Below, piece after piece: positions 43,695-54,491 of a DNA stretch of 64,000 nt (position 1 is the first letter of the stretch; each line of letters begins with the position of its first letter). Origin of the DNA: Schizochytrium sp. TIO01 (lineage: Eukaryota > Protista > Bigyra: Labyrinthulomycetes); assembly GCA_004764695.1 (NCBI GenBank), contig SMSO01000025.1, positions 3,162,001 through 3,226,000 on the forward strand, written 5' to 3'. The translations under genes were made by a program, and so were the position numbers. The notes beneath the pieces are model-generated. The model made no database searches. It was not told where the DNA came from and saw only the letters and a program-made list of their open reading frames with translations.

Positions 43695-46475
43695 ATGGGC
43701 AGCAACAGAAGCAATGCATCAATGGTAGAATTTGATGCGAGCCATGGTGAAGAGAAGCTGGAGATGCAAAATAAGAAGGAAAACTGCCTTGTACGGTTGA
43801 GCGGAGCGATCAACCATGTTATGAGTGGAGTTTTTCGCAAGATTGGATACGCAGTAGGCTCCTGGCCTTGGCTGACGGTCCTGCTCTCCACCATCCTCAT
43901 GGCTGTCTTGAGCTATGGGTTCGCAAATTTTGACTCAGAAGGAGCTTCAGAGAGTTCTTTTGTTCCGCAGGGCACGCGCGGCCTCACAGACGAAGCTGAC
44001 ATGGTCGAATACTACGGGGAGTCATCTCGATATGAAGGATACATTCAGTTTCCCTCTGACGGAGGCAACATCCTCGACAAAGAAAACATGGTCTCTGCAC
44101 TTAAGTTTTACCTTGGATTGTACAATTTCTCCGTGAGCGCACTGAATGAATCATTAGCGTATCAATCGTATTCTTTGAGTGATCTCTGCGAAAGAGTCCA
44201 AACTGCCCCTAACACCACAATTTGTCTGTTTGCCTCAGTTTTCAGCATAGCATACAGTAACAACTTGACTGCTCTCGAAGAAGACGATGATATTTCTCAG
44301 ACATTGAATGATACGTTCACGCATTCAAGCTTAGAGCTCTATGTTGGTGGGGTTGAATATGACGATACAACTGCGTTGCCGGTGAGTGCTAAAGTCTTAC
44401 GTGGTAGTTTGTTCCTGAATGACAACGAATTTGATACTACCCCTAATGATAGCGATGATTCCACTGAGGACCCGGCGGCCGAAGCTTGGGAAGAAGAAGA
44501 CGTGGATTACTCTCTTGCATACTCAGATACCGAGCTCATTACAGTTTATCCATTTAACGCCTGGGCTTTCACAGACGTTGTTGGATCTCAAATTGTCGGA
44601 GATGTGAAATACCAGGGTATCAGCTACTTCATTATTATCTTTTATGTCGTTTTCGTGATGCAAAATAGCTGCAGCCGAGTCAAGAGCAGCGTTGCCCTCG
44701 CACTATTGGGCGTGCTAACGATTGGTTACGCCATCATTTGCGGCTTTGGCTTTTCACAGCTCCTTGGATTCACCTACGGGTATACACATACAGTGCTGGT
44801 TTTCATCATCCTTGGTATTGGAGCAGATGGTGTTTTCATTGTCACCAATGCTTTTCGCCGCACAAATCCAGAGGCTACATCTGCAGAGCGTGCAGCAGAC
44901 GCCCTGCAGCATGCTGGAGTGAGTGTAACAGTTAGTAGTCTTACAAATGTGGTTGCCTTCGCTCTTGGCTCCACCACGGTTATTCCTGACCTCAGCTCCT
45001 TCTGCAAATATGCCGCATTGACATTTTTCTTCTTGTGGATCTTTTTACCCACGTTTTTCACCGCCATCCTGGTCCTCAATGAGAGGCGTGTCTTGGCTGG
45101 TCGCCTCGATGTATTTTGCTGCTTTCACGACTGCTGTAGTAAAGCTTCTGATGACGAGGTTAAGGGCACAGAGTTCAAACCAAGTTTTCTCTCCAGAATC
45201 ATGGGTACTAAATTCGCGGATGTACTGATGAACAAATTTGTACGTTATCCAGTCTTCCTACTTACCATTGTTTGCGCAGCTTTGGCGGGATGGAATATTA
45301 CAAATCTTACTGTTGCCGCAACCACAGAGAGCTTTATCCCAGATGATTCTTACCTGAAAAAATATGTGAATGCTCAGGACAGATACTTTGGTGGCGAAGA
45401 CACAGATGTTTATGTCATTACGAAAGAGTTTGACTATTATGAAAACCGTGCAGCCGTTGCTGCTTTCCCAGATGAGTTCCGCTTTCCTACAACATATCTG
45501 ACAGCTCCACCTTATATCCGCCCAACGTTTACGTCATGGATTGAAGAATTTATGGCAGCAATGGCCGACCCGCCGAGCACGTTAACAGTCACAGCTGGCG
45601 AAATTGTAGCGGATTCTGAACTGGATGGAGTTGCCTTTCCGGCAAATTCGACGCTCTTTTACAAATATCTGCGTCTTTGGCTTGACGATGACTATGGCAC
45701 TGGGCCGACTTACGAGAGTCAGATTGTATTCACCGATGACGATCGCACTCAAATTGAGCGTGCACGGATCTCCATGGATCATGTGCCAATTGGAAACTAC
45801 AACTCGGACGGTGTGTTCAAGGAAGATGCAACTGAATGTGTCAAAGCAATGAACAAAATGTACGAAATCTGCGATGATGCTTCGTTCGAAACTTACCCAT
45901 ACAGCTCAGAGTACTCGGGAGATTGGGCAAGTTATGAGGTCGTGGCCCAGCAACTGAAGCAAAATGTATTGCTTGCTCTTTTGGCGGTATTTGTGATGAT
46001 CTTTTTATTCATTGGCCACCCGCTTGCATCAACGCTTGTGTTTGTTTGTGTTGGAATTTCAATTGTTGAGCTACTTGGCTTTCAGACCGTAATGGGACTG
46101 AGTATCGACACTACCTCGGTAGTACTTTTTGTTCTCTCAGTCGGTGTTGCTGTAGACTATTCTGCTCACATCGGCTATGCTTACATGACCTTTTCTGGTA
46201 CTCCTGAGGAACGCCTTCGAGGTATGCTTGCGGATGTTGCAGTGCCAGTATTACACGGTGCTATGTCTACCTTCCTGGCGGTTTTGATGCAAGCCTTTTC
46301 GGAAAGCTACGTTTTCCGTGTGATGTTTCGAGACTTTGCTGTCATCGTCAGTGCTGCAACCCTCAATGGACTCATCGTCCTACCTATGCTTCTCTACACC
46401 TTCAATCCACCTGCATACTCCTCCGCATCCAAAGTAGCAGGTAAGACATCTACATTTGATGATGCTTCTCCGTAA
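43695..46475 (+). CDS. Patched/NPC1-like (PTCHD/Ptr-type) sterol-sensing-domain RND membrane protein (~926 aa)
   Basis: 1+5+1+5 TM layout with two large N-glycosylatable lumenal loops. SSD motifs ILGIGADGVF, GVSVTVSSLTNVVAFALG, IPDLSSFC; SFIPDDSYL; TM10 SVGVAVDYSAH; PVLHGAMSTFL. First ATG at 43695. Confidence 0.9.
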   Translation: MGSNRSNASMVEFDASHGEEKLEMQNKKENCLVRLSGAINHVMSGVFRKIGYAVGSWPWLTVLLSTILMAVLSYGFANFDSEGASESSFVPQGTRGLTDEADMVEYYGESSRYEGYIQFPSDGGNILDKENMVSALKFYLGLYNFSVSALNESLAYQSYSLSDLCERVQTAPNTTICLFASVFSIAYSNNLTALEEDDDISQTLNDTFTHSSLELYVGGVEYDDTTALPVSAKVLRGSLFLNDNEFDTTPNDSDDSTEDPAAEAWEEEDVDYSLAYSDTELITVYPFNAWAFTDVVGSQIVGDVKYQGISYFIIIFYVVFVMQNSCSRVKSSVALALLGVLTIGYAIICGFGFSQLLGFTYGYTHTVLVFIILGIGADGVFIVTNAFRRTNPEATSAERAADALQHAGVSVTVSSLTNVVAFALGSTTVIPDLSSFCKYAALTFFFLWIFLPTFFTAILVLNERRVLAGRLDVFCCFHDCCSKASDDEVKGTEFKPSFLSRIMGTKFADVLMNKFVRYPVFLLTIVCAALAGWNITNLTVAATTESFIPDDSYLKKYVNAQDRYFGGEDTDVYVITKEFDYYENRAAVAAFPDEFRFPTTYLTAPPYIRPTFTSWIEEFMAAMADPPSTLTVTAGEIVADSELDGVAFPANSTLFYKYLRLWLDDDYGTGPTYESQIVFTDDDRTQIERARISMDHVPIGNYNSDGVFKEDATECVKAMNKMYEICDDASFETYPYSSEYSGDWASYEVVAQQLKQNVLLALLAVFVMIFLFIGHPLASTLVFVCVGISIVELLGFQTVMGLSIDTTSVVLFVLSVGVAVDYSAHIGYAYMTFSGTPEERLRGMLADVAVPVLHGAMSTFLAVLMQAFSESYVFRVMFRDFAVIVSAATLNGLIVLPMLLYTFNPPAYSSASKVAGKTSTFDDASP

Positions 46476-47699
46476 ATGTTGCCAATCTTTCGTTATGTTG
46501 TTGATAACTATTTTGTTTTGTTTTCCATTCCTCAAGTCTTTGCATTTTTCATGTCAATTTAATTATGTTGCCCCGAAACCAAGACTTTATGTACTAATCA
46601 TTTTCTTATTCTTTAGTGTATCGGTTGGTACTTTATTGCCGACAAGTTGCGCGTGGGACCAGGTTTACCCATACTAAATAAGAGAGTGCTCAAATTTTGA
46701 TAACAAGATATCAAATTGTTTACCCTACTACTACTACTTGTACTACTAATGCGATTCTTTCTTCTACTCTACTACTACGAATACTGAAGAATACCTAATC
46801 ATTTATATCTCACTATATTGTTAAATCTCAATTATTTCTAGCAAGCTATGATCCTCATCCAAATCCTTGTAGCCAACCGGAAGCTGGCTACAACAATTTT
46901 ACAAAAATGATTCTTTCATCACCTGGAACGCTGCTTGGAAGCGCCTCGGAGAGTGAGTCTTCGGGAGTCGGAAAGTAACGGAGGCCTTGAGCAAGTTGGC
47001 CTTGATAAATGACGTCGAAACCCCGACAGCACGCATGCGGAACTAGTACTTCATCAAGACATCAATCAGTCTCCAAGTCTGCAGGCGTAACTAATGACCT
47101 TTGCGTTCGTCGCGCCCACACGAGAAAACAACACCCTCTCTACCAGTGAAGTAGAGAAGTGAAAGATTAAAAAGAAAAAAGAAAAAAGAAAAAGAAAAAA
47201 AGCCATCACGAGTGCGTTCTATCTCTAAGCTAGACAAGGAATAAAATACAGAAAGACAGAACCTTGTCACAGGTATTATTAAGACCCATTACCAATGCCT
47301 TACGGCTTCGCAGCAGGCCTTCTTTCAGAGTAGGCCTGGCAGGTATTCCTCGCATTCCCTGTTACATTCATGCCCTTAAATTCATTCACTTCTACTTTTT
47401 TTTGTTTACCTTTTTTTAATCCTCAGATCCTACTATATAGGACCAGATTAGAGAAATCAATCACTCACTTGCTCAAAAATCAGTCTCAAATCAGGAAAGG
47501 TCTCGGATCGAAGTCTGATCTCCTCCGAGTCCACTCCATCTTGGCTCTTAGAGCTGGCAAACCTGCAATTGTGCACTGCAGGCTCGCTGCGCCACTGCCC
47601 ACTGGTGAGATAGAGGAAGTCTGAAAGAAGAAACAGAAGAAGCGAAGCTAGGAAAGAAGCCAACTCATTCTTTAGGATCGAGTGCTGCCAACCGCAGTC

Positions 47700-49343
47700 A
47701 TGGCGTCTTTTACAGCGCCCGTGAGCACGATGCCAGACATTGCATGCTGCATGTGCGGAGTTGCGATTCAACCGAACGATGTGAACATGTGCCTGCAGTG
47801 CCTAAAGGACCGTGTGGATGTGACTGAAGGCATCTCACGGCAGGAAGTCATCTGGACGTGTAGCGGCTGTGGCAAAACCCGCGCAGAAGAAGGTCGGTGG
47901 CTTATGTGCGAACCTGAGTCTGCAGAACTTTTAGCGCTTTGCTTGAAAGCGGTGCATGGTCTTGGTAAAGGCAAAGGCAAAGGCCAGAAAAGTGGAGCGC
48001 GATTCGTGGATGCTGCTTGGATCTGGACAGAGCCGCATTCTCGAAGACTCAAGATCAAGATCACAGTGGAGAAGGAGGTCTTTAATAGCGCAATTGTGCG
48101 CCAGAGACTTGAGGTGGAGTTCATTGTGAAGTCAAGACTTTGTCCAGAATGTGTGAAAGAGACTACGGATCAACAGTGGACCACTGTGATTCAGGTGCGC
48201 CAGCAGGTCTCGCATAAACGAACGCTGTTAAATTTAGAGAACAAGCTCTTGCGCGGAGGAGCAGCCAAATCTGCGCTCGACGTAATCCCTGTCAACCATG
48301 GCCTCGATTTTTATTTTGCGAACAAAACACAGGCGAACAAATTCACTGATTTTGTAATGTCTTGTGTACCCGCCCGTCGCAAGGAAAGCAAGTCTTTGCA
48401 GGGCGCTGATCTGAAGAGCAACAAGTATAACTACCGTCATAGTATTCATATTGAGGTTGTGCCGCTCTGCAAGCATGACTTTATTATCTTACCTGTGAGA
48501 CTTCAGCAGCAGCTCTTTGGTGGCAAGTCATCTTCTGTGATTGTTGAAAGTGTTACACGAACTATTAATCTTGTTGACCCCTTCACCGGAGCCCGCGCAA
48601 AACTGCAAGATGCTAAATACTGGGCCAACGCATTCCGCGCTGTTGGTACCGCTCGTCAGTTCACTGAATTTACAGTCTTAGATTGTCAGCCACTCAGCTA
48701 TGGCGATAGTGAGTCGGAGAATGCCCCAGTATCCGAGGTCGATGTGGCGCGCCTCGCAGACCTCGGTCTCAACGATGAACGATTCACGGTGTTTTCCCAC
48801 ATTGGTCACCGCCTTGAAGCAGGCGATACAGTGCTTGGTTACGATTTTGCGAACCATAATATTAGCGATGAACTTTTAGCTCCCCTGAAGGGTCGTGAAC
48901 TTGAGCCTGTCATTCTCGTCCAAAAAGTATTGGAGAAGGTGCGCAAGCCTCGTAAACTCAAGAAGAAGAAGGGCAAAAAGGCTGCTGCTGAAGGTGATGC
49001 TCGAGAGGCTGATCTTGAGGACGAGGACGGTGAAGTTGAGGCTGATGACGCTGCTGAGGAAGGTGAAGATGTTGACTTCGAGGAAGGGGATGATGAGGAG
49101 GACATCTCTTTCGACGAAGAGGATGATGAGGACTTTGATGAGGCCGACTCCGGTGCAGACTTTGACGATGGAGAGGGTCTTGATGACGATGATCTTGACC
49201 AGGATGATGAAATTACTGGCCAGGAAGACAATAGTGCAAGCAGTGGAGGTAGCAACGCCAAAAAATCTAACAGTGTAACTTTTGCTGATGAGGAAGAAGA
49301 TGTTTCCACAATGGTGAATGAGAAGTTGAAACTTGATAAATAA
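47700..49343 (+). CDS. NMD3: 60S ribosomal export adaptor NMD3 with long acidic tail (~547 aa)
   Basis: Four Cys pairs (CCMCG, CLQC, CSGC, CPEC), ESAELLALCLK, FVDAAWIWTEPHSRRLKIK, QVRQQVSHKRT, GLDFYF, HIGHRLEAGDTVLGYD; basic NLS-like KKKKGKK. First ATG at 47700. Confidence 0.9.
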   Translation: MASFTAPVSTMPDIACCMCGVAIQPNDVNMCLQCLKDRVDVTEGISRQEVIWTCSGCGKTRAEEGRWLMCEPESAELLALCLKAVHGLGKGKGKGQKSGARFVDAAWIWTEPHSRRLKIKITVEKEVFNSAIVRQRLEVEFIVKSRLCPECVKETTDQQWTTVIQVRQQVSHKRTLLNLENKLLRGGAAKSALDVIPVNHGLDFYFANKTQANKFTDFVMSCVPARRKESKSLQGADLKSNKYNYRHSIHIEVVPLCKHDFIILPVRLQQQLFGGKSSSVIVESVTRTINLVDPFTGARAKLQDAKYWANAFRAVGTARQFTEFTVLDCQPLSYGDSESENAPVSEVDVARLADLGLNDERFTVFSHIGHRLEAGDTVLGYDFANHNISDELLAPLKGRELEPVILVQKVLEKVRKPRKLKKKKGKKAAAEGDAREADLEDEDGEVEADDAAEEGEDVDFEEGDDEEDISFDEEDDEDFDEADSGADFDDGEGLDDDDLDQDDEITGQEDNSASSGGSNAKKSNSVTFADEEEDVSTMVNEKLKLDK

Positions 49344-49610
49344 TATATTATTATTCAGGCTATTTTTGTTTATTGGATTCTACATGACCAACGTATTCGG
49401 GAGTTAGCGTAAAGAACTCTTTATTTTACTCTTGTCTCATCTATACAGCCTTTTTCGGGCTTGTTAATCTTTTTAAGGCTGTCGGTATCAGACCCTTTAT
49501 TTTCTTCATTTTCTCGAATTCAGTTAGTGTTATGAGCATTTAAAGGTAACTTATATTTTTCTTTCCAAAAAAAAATAGAAAAGAAATAAACATGGTACAG
49601 GAGGAGCTGT

Positions 49611-51389
49611 CTACGAGGATGATTTTGAAAAGTAAGATGTTATTTTCGCACGTTTGTTTGCTTTGCGATCCCTATGGCCAGAATTGCTACTGTAAAGTGG
49701 GAAGCTGCGTTTCACTTGAGGCAGGGAGGCATCATCATCTATGGATAAATCAATTACGACATTGTCAGCGCCGTTTCTTAAAACTTCAGGTTTCCCAGAG
49801 CTAGCGGCTTCAGGGGAGTGAATTGATACAACCTCTATAGCATCATCTGGGTCTAACTCGTTTATAGGTAAACGATTTTCTAAGCCGGTGAGGGTTTCAG
49901 TGACCGACTGATCATGCAATTGACCTGCTACTGCTTGAAGGTCAAGGCTATTTGCAATTGATTTTTTTGCAATATCCTTTGAATCAACACTAGGTTTTGA
50001 ACTTTCTGGTTTAGAATGTGCTTCAAAAAAGTCACGTAGAGCACGCTGTGTACTAGTGCCGTGATCTGATTGAAAATCAGATATTGCAAGATTGATACGG
50101 CATAATATGAATGGAGGGGTAGATGGGGTAGATGTAGCACCAGAGGCTGAAGAGGGCGATGTAGATACACTTGATGGCAAACATCCGCGCAAGAGAGTTT
50201 GCGCGCACCTGTGTAAGGTTTCTACATCACGGAACACGGCAGCATCCACTTTACATTGTTTGGATGCATGTCGCCTATTTCTTCGACGATATGCTTCGTG
50301 ATCTGAACGGTTTGAGAAGGATTGGCTATTTCTTGTCTCTACGGCATCTGCTTTGTCGGAAATTGAGACGCGAAGGGTGTGTGCTACATGTCCATGCTTC
50401 TTGCGACGAGCTCTTACAAACTCCATTATCCGCTCACACAAAGTTCTCAATCTATCATTTGCGGAATCCCATGTGTCTGGGTGAGGCAAGGAAGTTTCTT
50501 CTTGTGAAATGGTTTTTAATAGAGTACTGGCTTTCACAGGCCGCTCGTCGGTTCCGCGTACGACATGGTAGACAAATTGCGCCAGTCCAGAATTAGATGC
50601 GAGAGCTCGGGTCAATACTGCAAGGGACAACTGACGAACATGTGCACATTTAAGATTGTATGGATTCTCGAGTTCTTTTAAGGACTCATCCGACTGCTCT
50701 GTCAAGGCGCGAAAGACATCCCGAACCATGGCTCGACCAAAACCTTGCACTTTGGTCACTTCAAGGTTTGTCATATAGTCATAGAGGGCACTTGGAATAA
50801 TCGTAGACTGTTGATTTGGTTTGTGAAGTTCTGCTGCAAGTTTAGCACTTGTTTTGCAAATGCCAATTCCAGCACAAGTTTTGAAGCCTAGTTGTCTCAC
50901 AAGAGCATCCCGCATTTCCTGTGCAATAAGAGAGCCTTGTACCAATCTTCTTTTCAAATCCTCATCAATCGTAGAAGAATCACCTAGCACATGTCCCGTA
51001 AACTCAGCTCCATAGGTGGCCATAGATGGCATCCGCATATCAACGAGGTCCGAGATGTCAATGAAGGACTCATCCATGCCTTTGCGTTCCACGGGACAGC
51101 CATAGGATTGCAAGACCTCCCCGATAGCCTCACTAGCTTCTCGGAAAGGTCGCAAATCGCTCCCATCGACAATTTTGAGGGCTGGGCATACTTTTTGCGC
51201 TTCGTCTAGCGCCATGAGCTTTGTAATACCAAACTTGCGAGCCTCATAATTGCACGTCACAGTGATGTACTTTTGCCTCACGGCCAGAGGCTTTCCGCGT
51301 AGTTCCGGGTGCAAACGCTCCAGCACCTGAGCATAAAAACAGTCCAGATCAACACAAACGACCACGCGCGGCCGTTTTGTGCCATGCAT
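49611..51389 (-). CDS. POLI: Y-family translesion DNA polymerase, iota-like (592 aa)
   Basis: VDLDCFYAQV...PELRGKPLAVRQKYITVTCNYEARKFGITKLM, GSDLRPFREAS, VERKGMDESFID, CAGIG..K..AKLA...HKPNQQS. The QKY.VTCNYEAR, G.DL..(F/Y)RE.S and G.DE forms are iota-type. Confidence 0.85.
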   Translation of the reverse strand: MHGTKRPRVVVCVDLDCFYAQVLERLHPELRGKPLAVRQKYITVTCNYEARKFGITKLMALDEAQKVCPALKIVDGSDLRPFREASEAIGEVLQSYGCPVERKGMDESFIDISDLVDMRMPSMATYGAEFTGHVLGDSSTIDEDLKRRLVQGSLIAQEMRDALVRQLGFKTCAGIGICKTSAKLAAELHKPNQQSTIIPSALYDYMTNLEVTKVQGFGRAMVRDVFRALTEQSDESLKELENPYNLKCAHVRQLSLAVLTRALASNSGLAQFVYHVVRGTDERPVKASTLLKTISQEETSLPHPDTWDSANDRLRTLCERIMEFVRARRKKHGHVAHTLRVSISDKADAVETRNSQSFSNRSDHEAYRRRNRRHASKQCKVDAAVFRDVETLHRCAQTLLRGCLPSSVSTSPSSASGATSTPSTPPFILCRINLAISDFQSDHGTSTQRALRDFFEAHSKPESSKPSVDSKDIAKKSIANSLDLQAVAGQLHDQSVTETLTGLENRLPINELDPDDAIEVVSIHSPEAASSGKPEVLRNGADNVVIDLSIDDDASLPQVKRSFPLYSSNSGHRDRKANKRAKITSYFSKSSS

Positions 51390-52370
51390 AGTGGCCTCTG
51401 GAAAATGTCTGAGGAATGGTTTGTCTAAGTTCGCTCTGTTTCTTCTTTATAGTTTCGTTCGTCCTTTTCAAAGTAATATATCTGATTAGGAATACTCTAG
51501 GTGTATTAAACAATGAGACGAACAAAGAAACAACTTGAATGATAGAAAAAGTTAAGAGTCCAATGTCGTGTTTTATGATTGGTCAGACTCTGCTCTTGAT
51601 TCTTTTTTAAAATAGTGCTTATCAGTTAAATGCTGACTCAACTATTCGACAAGCTTGGGGGCAAGCGACTTCCTCACCAATGGTATTTCTCCAATCATTC
51701 CTAATGATTATTGAAGGAGAAGGTTAACGCCGTTTCCAGCGTTTCTTAAATTCTGAGAAATCCGCTACGAGACGATCCTGGGCCATTGTTAAAAAACAAT
51801 GGCGACCACATTAAAAAAAGGTTCTGAACCATGACATGAGACCGCATTCTTCGTCAACCGGGCCAGGGATATAGATTGCATTCCTCATCTCAATTTCCAC
51901 CTTGGCAACTGGAATCCCGGTGACCACAATCAAAGGTAGAAAACACAAGCTTCGAGTTTGAAGGCATTAAAAATATATATATTAAAAATTAATATCTTGT
52001 ACTCTAGAGGTAGAGACGAAAGAGAAAGACAGTTCGATCAAAACGAGCGTGGGAGGAGTGCAGACTAAATCAGTAACCAGAGCTCGAGAAGAAAATAAAC
52101 TGAGGCAACCTAACTTTGGAGAGAGTAAGGGTGGCACGGGCCCTTGGAGGGCAGTGAGGGCCCACTGCGGAAAATAGAGTTTTGTTTCCGTGGACAGAAC
52201 CGCAAAAAGAGCCTCCTGCATAAGCAATTGGTTATCTCTACACGGAAACGCGTTTACGAAGGAAAAGCGCGAAGTCTCATAGAAGTTTAGTCAAGTTTCT
52301 ACTGTGTGTGAGATAGGCCATCGCGCTTCGCGAAGCTATTTTGATCAAGAGTTCGTTCTGATAAACTAGG

Positions 52371-54113
52371 ATGCTGCATGGTCGAGATAGAGAATATGGA
52401 CCGGTGAATGACGGGACCTCTCGTGATGGTGATGAACACGAACACTCTCAACGGGATCACAGACACCCACAACGACATGAATTGAATGGAGGCTCATTCG
52501 TCTCAATTAACTCAGAAGACGAAGATGCCCTGACTATGGAGGATGCGATGTCCATAGTGGGGTTTGGAAAGTTTCAGTATAGAGCGATTTGCGTTGCAGG
52601 TCTACTTCTCACTGTCGATGCCATGGAGATGATGCTATTGTCTTTTTTAGGACCAAGTATTCGTTGCGAGTTTGGTATTTCTGGGGAAGAAGAGGCACTC
52701 CTCACAACAGTTGTTTTTATCGGCGCCACAATTGGCGCGTATATGTGTGGTGTTTTAGCAGACAAATTTGGTCGCCGTTATTGCCTGAAATGGCTCTCGA
52801 CCCTCACAGCAGTATTAGGCTTACTTTCCGCATTTGCACCCGAATTCTGGACTCTTTTGGCAATTCGAGGGGCAATGGGGATTTGCTTAGGAGGCTCGAG
52901 TATAGGTTTCTCGTACTTAATGGAGATTCTACCAACCGAACATCGCGGACGGTGGGGTATTCTGATTGAGCTATTCTGGACATTGGGTACGATCTTCGAA
53001 GCTAGCATTGCATGGATTATTTATTCCAATCAACAGAGTACAGGAGCATGGAGAACTCTCTTGGCTGTCTCATCGGTTCCTGTATTTATTGCTGCCTTGT
53101 GCTTTTTGTGCAATGTTGTTCCTGAATCACCCAGATTTCTTGTTACGAGAGGTCAAATGGATGCCGCATATCGAATTCTTCGGGATGCGGCCAAATCTAA
53201 CGGCAATAGCCTCCCTGCAAATGGTTCCCTTGCTAATGTGCACGCAGAGGATGATAACTCTCATGGTAGTATGGGCAACCCTCTCATGATTTGGAAAGTT
53301 CTACAAAGCCTTTTTTCACCCACATTCAGGGTCGTTACTATTTTTCTTTGGTTCATGTGGTTCACAAACGCCTTTGCGTATTACGGACTAGTTCTCATGA
53401 CTACGTCCTTGGAGGTAAATAATAAGCACAGTGAAACTGAAGATGGTCTATATTGCAATCCAGTAACGTTGTCTCCTTTTGAGACGAATTCTTCATCATC
53501 AGCATTTATATCGGTCTTTGTTGCAACCATTGCAGAACTGCCAGGGGTTCTATTTGCTGCAGTTGCTATTGATGCTCTTGGTCGAAAACCTTCTCAGAGT
53601 TTGTGTTTTGGCGGGACGTGTATTGCGTTACTCTTGATGCTAGTTTTGCCATCGTCGCAACTTTCTGATACAATGTGCTTGTTCTTTGGTCGTGGGTTTA
53701 TCGAGGCAGCATTTGTGATTGCCTATGTGTATACGCCAGAGGTCTACCCTACAACGATCCGTACAACTGCATTTGGACTGTCAAATTCTATGGGCCGCGT
53801 GGGTGGAATGGTCGCACCCTTTGTTGGTGAAGATCTTATTGAACGTGGACAGCGTACGACTGCGCTGACGATTTTTGTTGTATTTACAGGATGTGCTATG
53901 CTTGTGACTTTCTTGCTCCCTGTGGAAACCAAGGGTGTTTCTTTGGCAGATACAACCCGCGATGTTGATGCTCACATGGGTAAGATTGAGCCTGGTGAAG
54001 ACGCTGATCAGCGGAATGCAGACTTTGATAGCATCGAAATTCCAACAAGGCCTTCAGTCTCTCGAGGAGTTAACCGTGATTATTTGGTGGACGAAGATTT
54101 GACAATTACATAA
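52371..54113 (+). CDS. MFS transporter, SVOP / organic cation (NiaP-like) family (580 aa)
   Basis: GFGKFQ, DAMEMMLLSFL, MFS motif GVLADKFGRR, EILP..RG, PESPRFL, AELPG...IDALGRK, YVYTPEVYPTTIRTT, GRVGG, PVETKG; about 12 TMs. Confidence 0.92.
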   Translation: MLHGRDREYGPVNDGTSRDGDEHEHSQRDHRHPQRHELNGGSFVSINSEDEDALTMEDAMSIVGFGKFQYRAICVAGLLLTVDAMEMMLLSFLGPSIRCEFGISGEEEALLTTVVFIGATIGAYMCGVLADKFGRRYCLKWLSTLTAVLGLLSAFAPEFWTLLAIRGAMGICLGGSSIGFSYLMEILPTEHRGRWGILIELFWTLGTIFEASIAWIIYSNQQSTGAWRTLLAVSSVPVFIAALCFLCNVVPESPRFLVTRGQMDAAYRILRDAAKSNGNSLPANGSLANVHAEDDNSHGSMGNPLMIWKVLQSLFSPTFRVVTIFLWFMWFTNAFAYYGLVLMTTSLEVNNKHSETEDGLYCNPVTLSPFETNSSSSAFISVFVATIAELPGVLFAAVAIDALGRKPSQSLCFGGTCIALLLMLVLPSSQLSDTMCLFFGRGFIEAAFVIAYVYTPEVYPTTIRTTAFGLSNSMGRVGGMVAPFVGEDLIERGQRTTALTIFVVFTGCAMLVTFLLPVETKGVSLADTTRDVDAHMGKIEPGEDADQRNADFDSIEIPTRPSVSRGVNRDYLVDEDLTIT

Positions 54114-54491
54114 TGATTTTTTATTTTTTTTTTCCAGAAGTTTGATATGTAATGCCGTTTCAATTCAATTGAAACAACGTGAAAGTAGTCGAAATTTTGT
54201 TTTCATTTTAATTACCTTTTTAAGAGAGTATAATTTCTATTCAAGAATAAATCATTAGTCTTGCTTGATTTTTTTTTTTAAAGCCCGTGCTAGTGGAGAC
54301 GTTAGTTTAAAAAAGTTAACGCAGAGATTGGGAACTGAGATAAAGTATAAAGTAGATCGTGATGATACTTCTTGACAGCTAGTTATACGATATGAAATTT
54401 TAGATAGGAGAGGGAAAAGAAAACACGCAAAGTCACTGAAAGCTAATAAGGGGCCACTCTGTGTCGCATTCAAGCTTAGAGCGCCTTCGAT

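Noticed and set aside
46867-46893. 9-bp-stem hairpin TTGTAGCCA...TGGCTACAA
   Set aside because: Isolated short inverted repeat, expected occasionally by chance in 64 kb.
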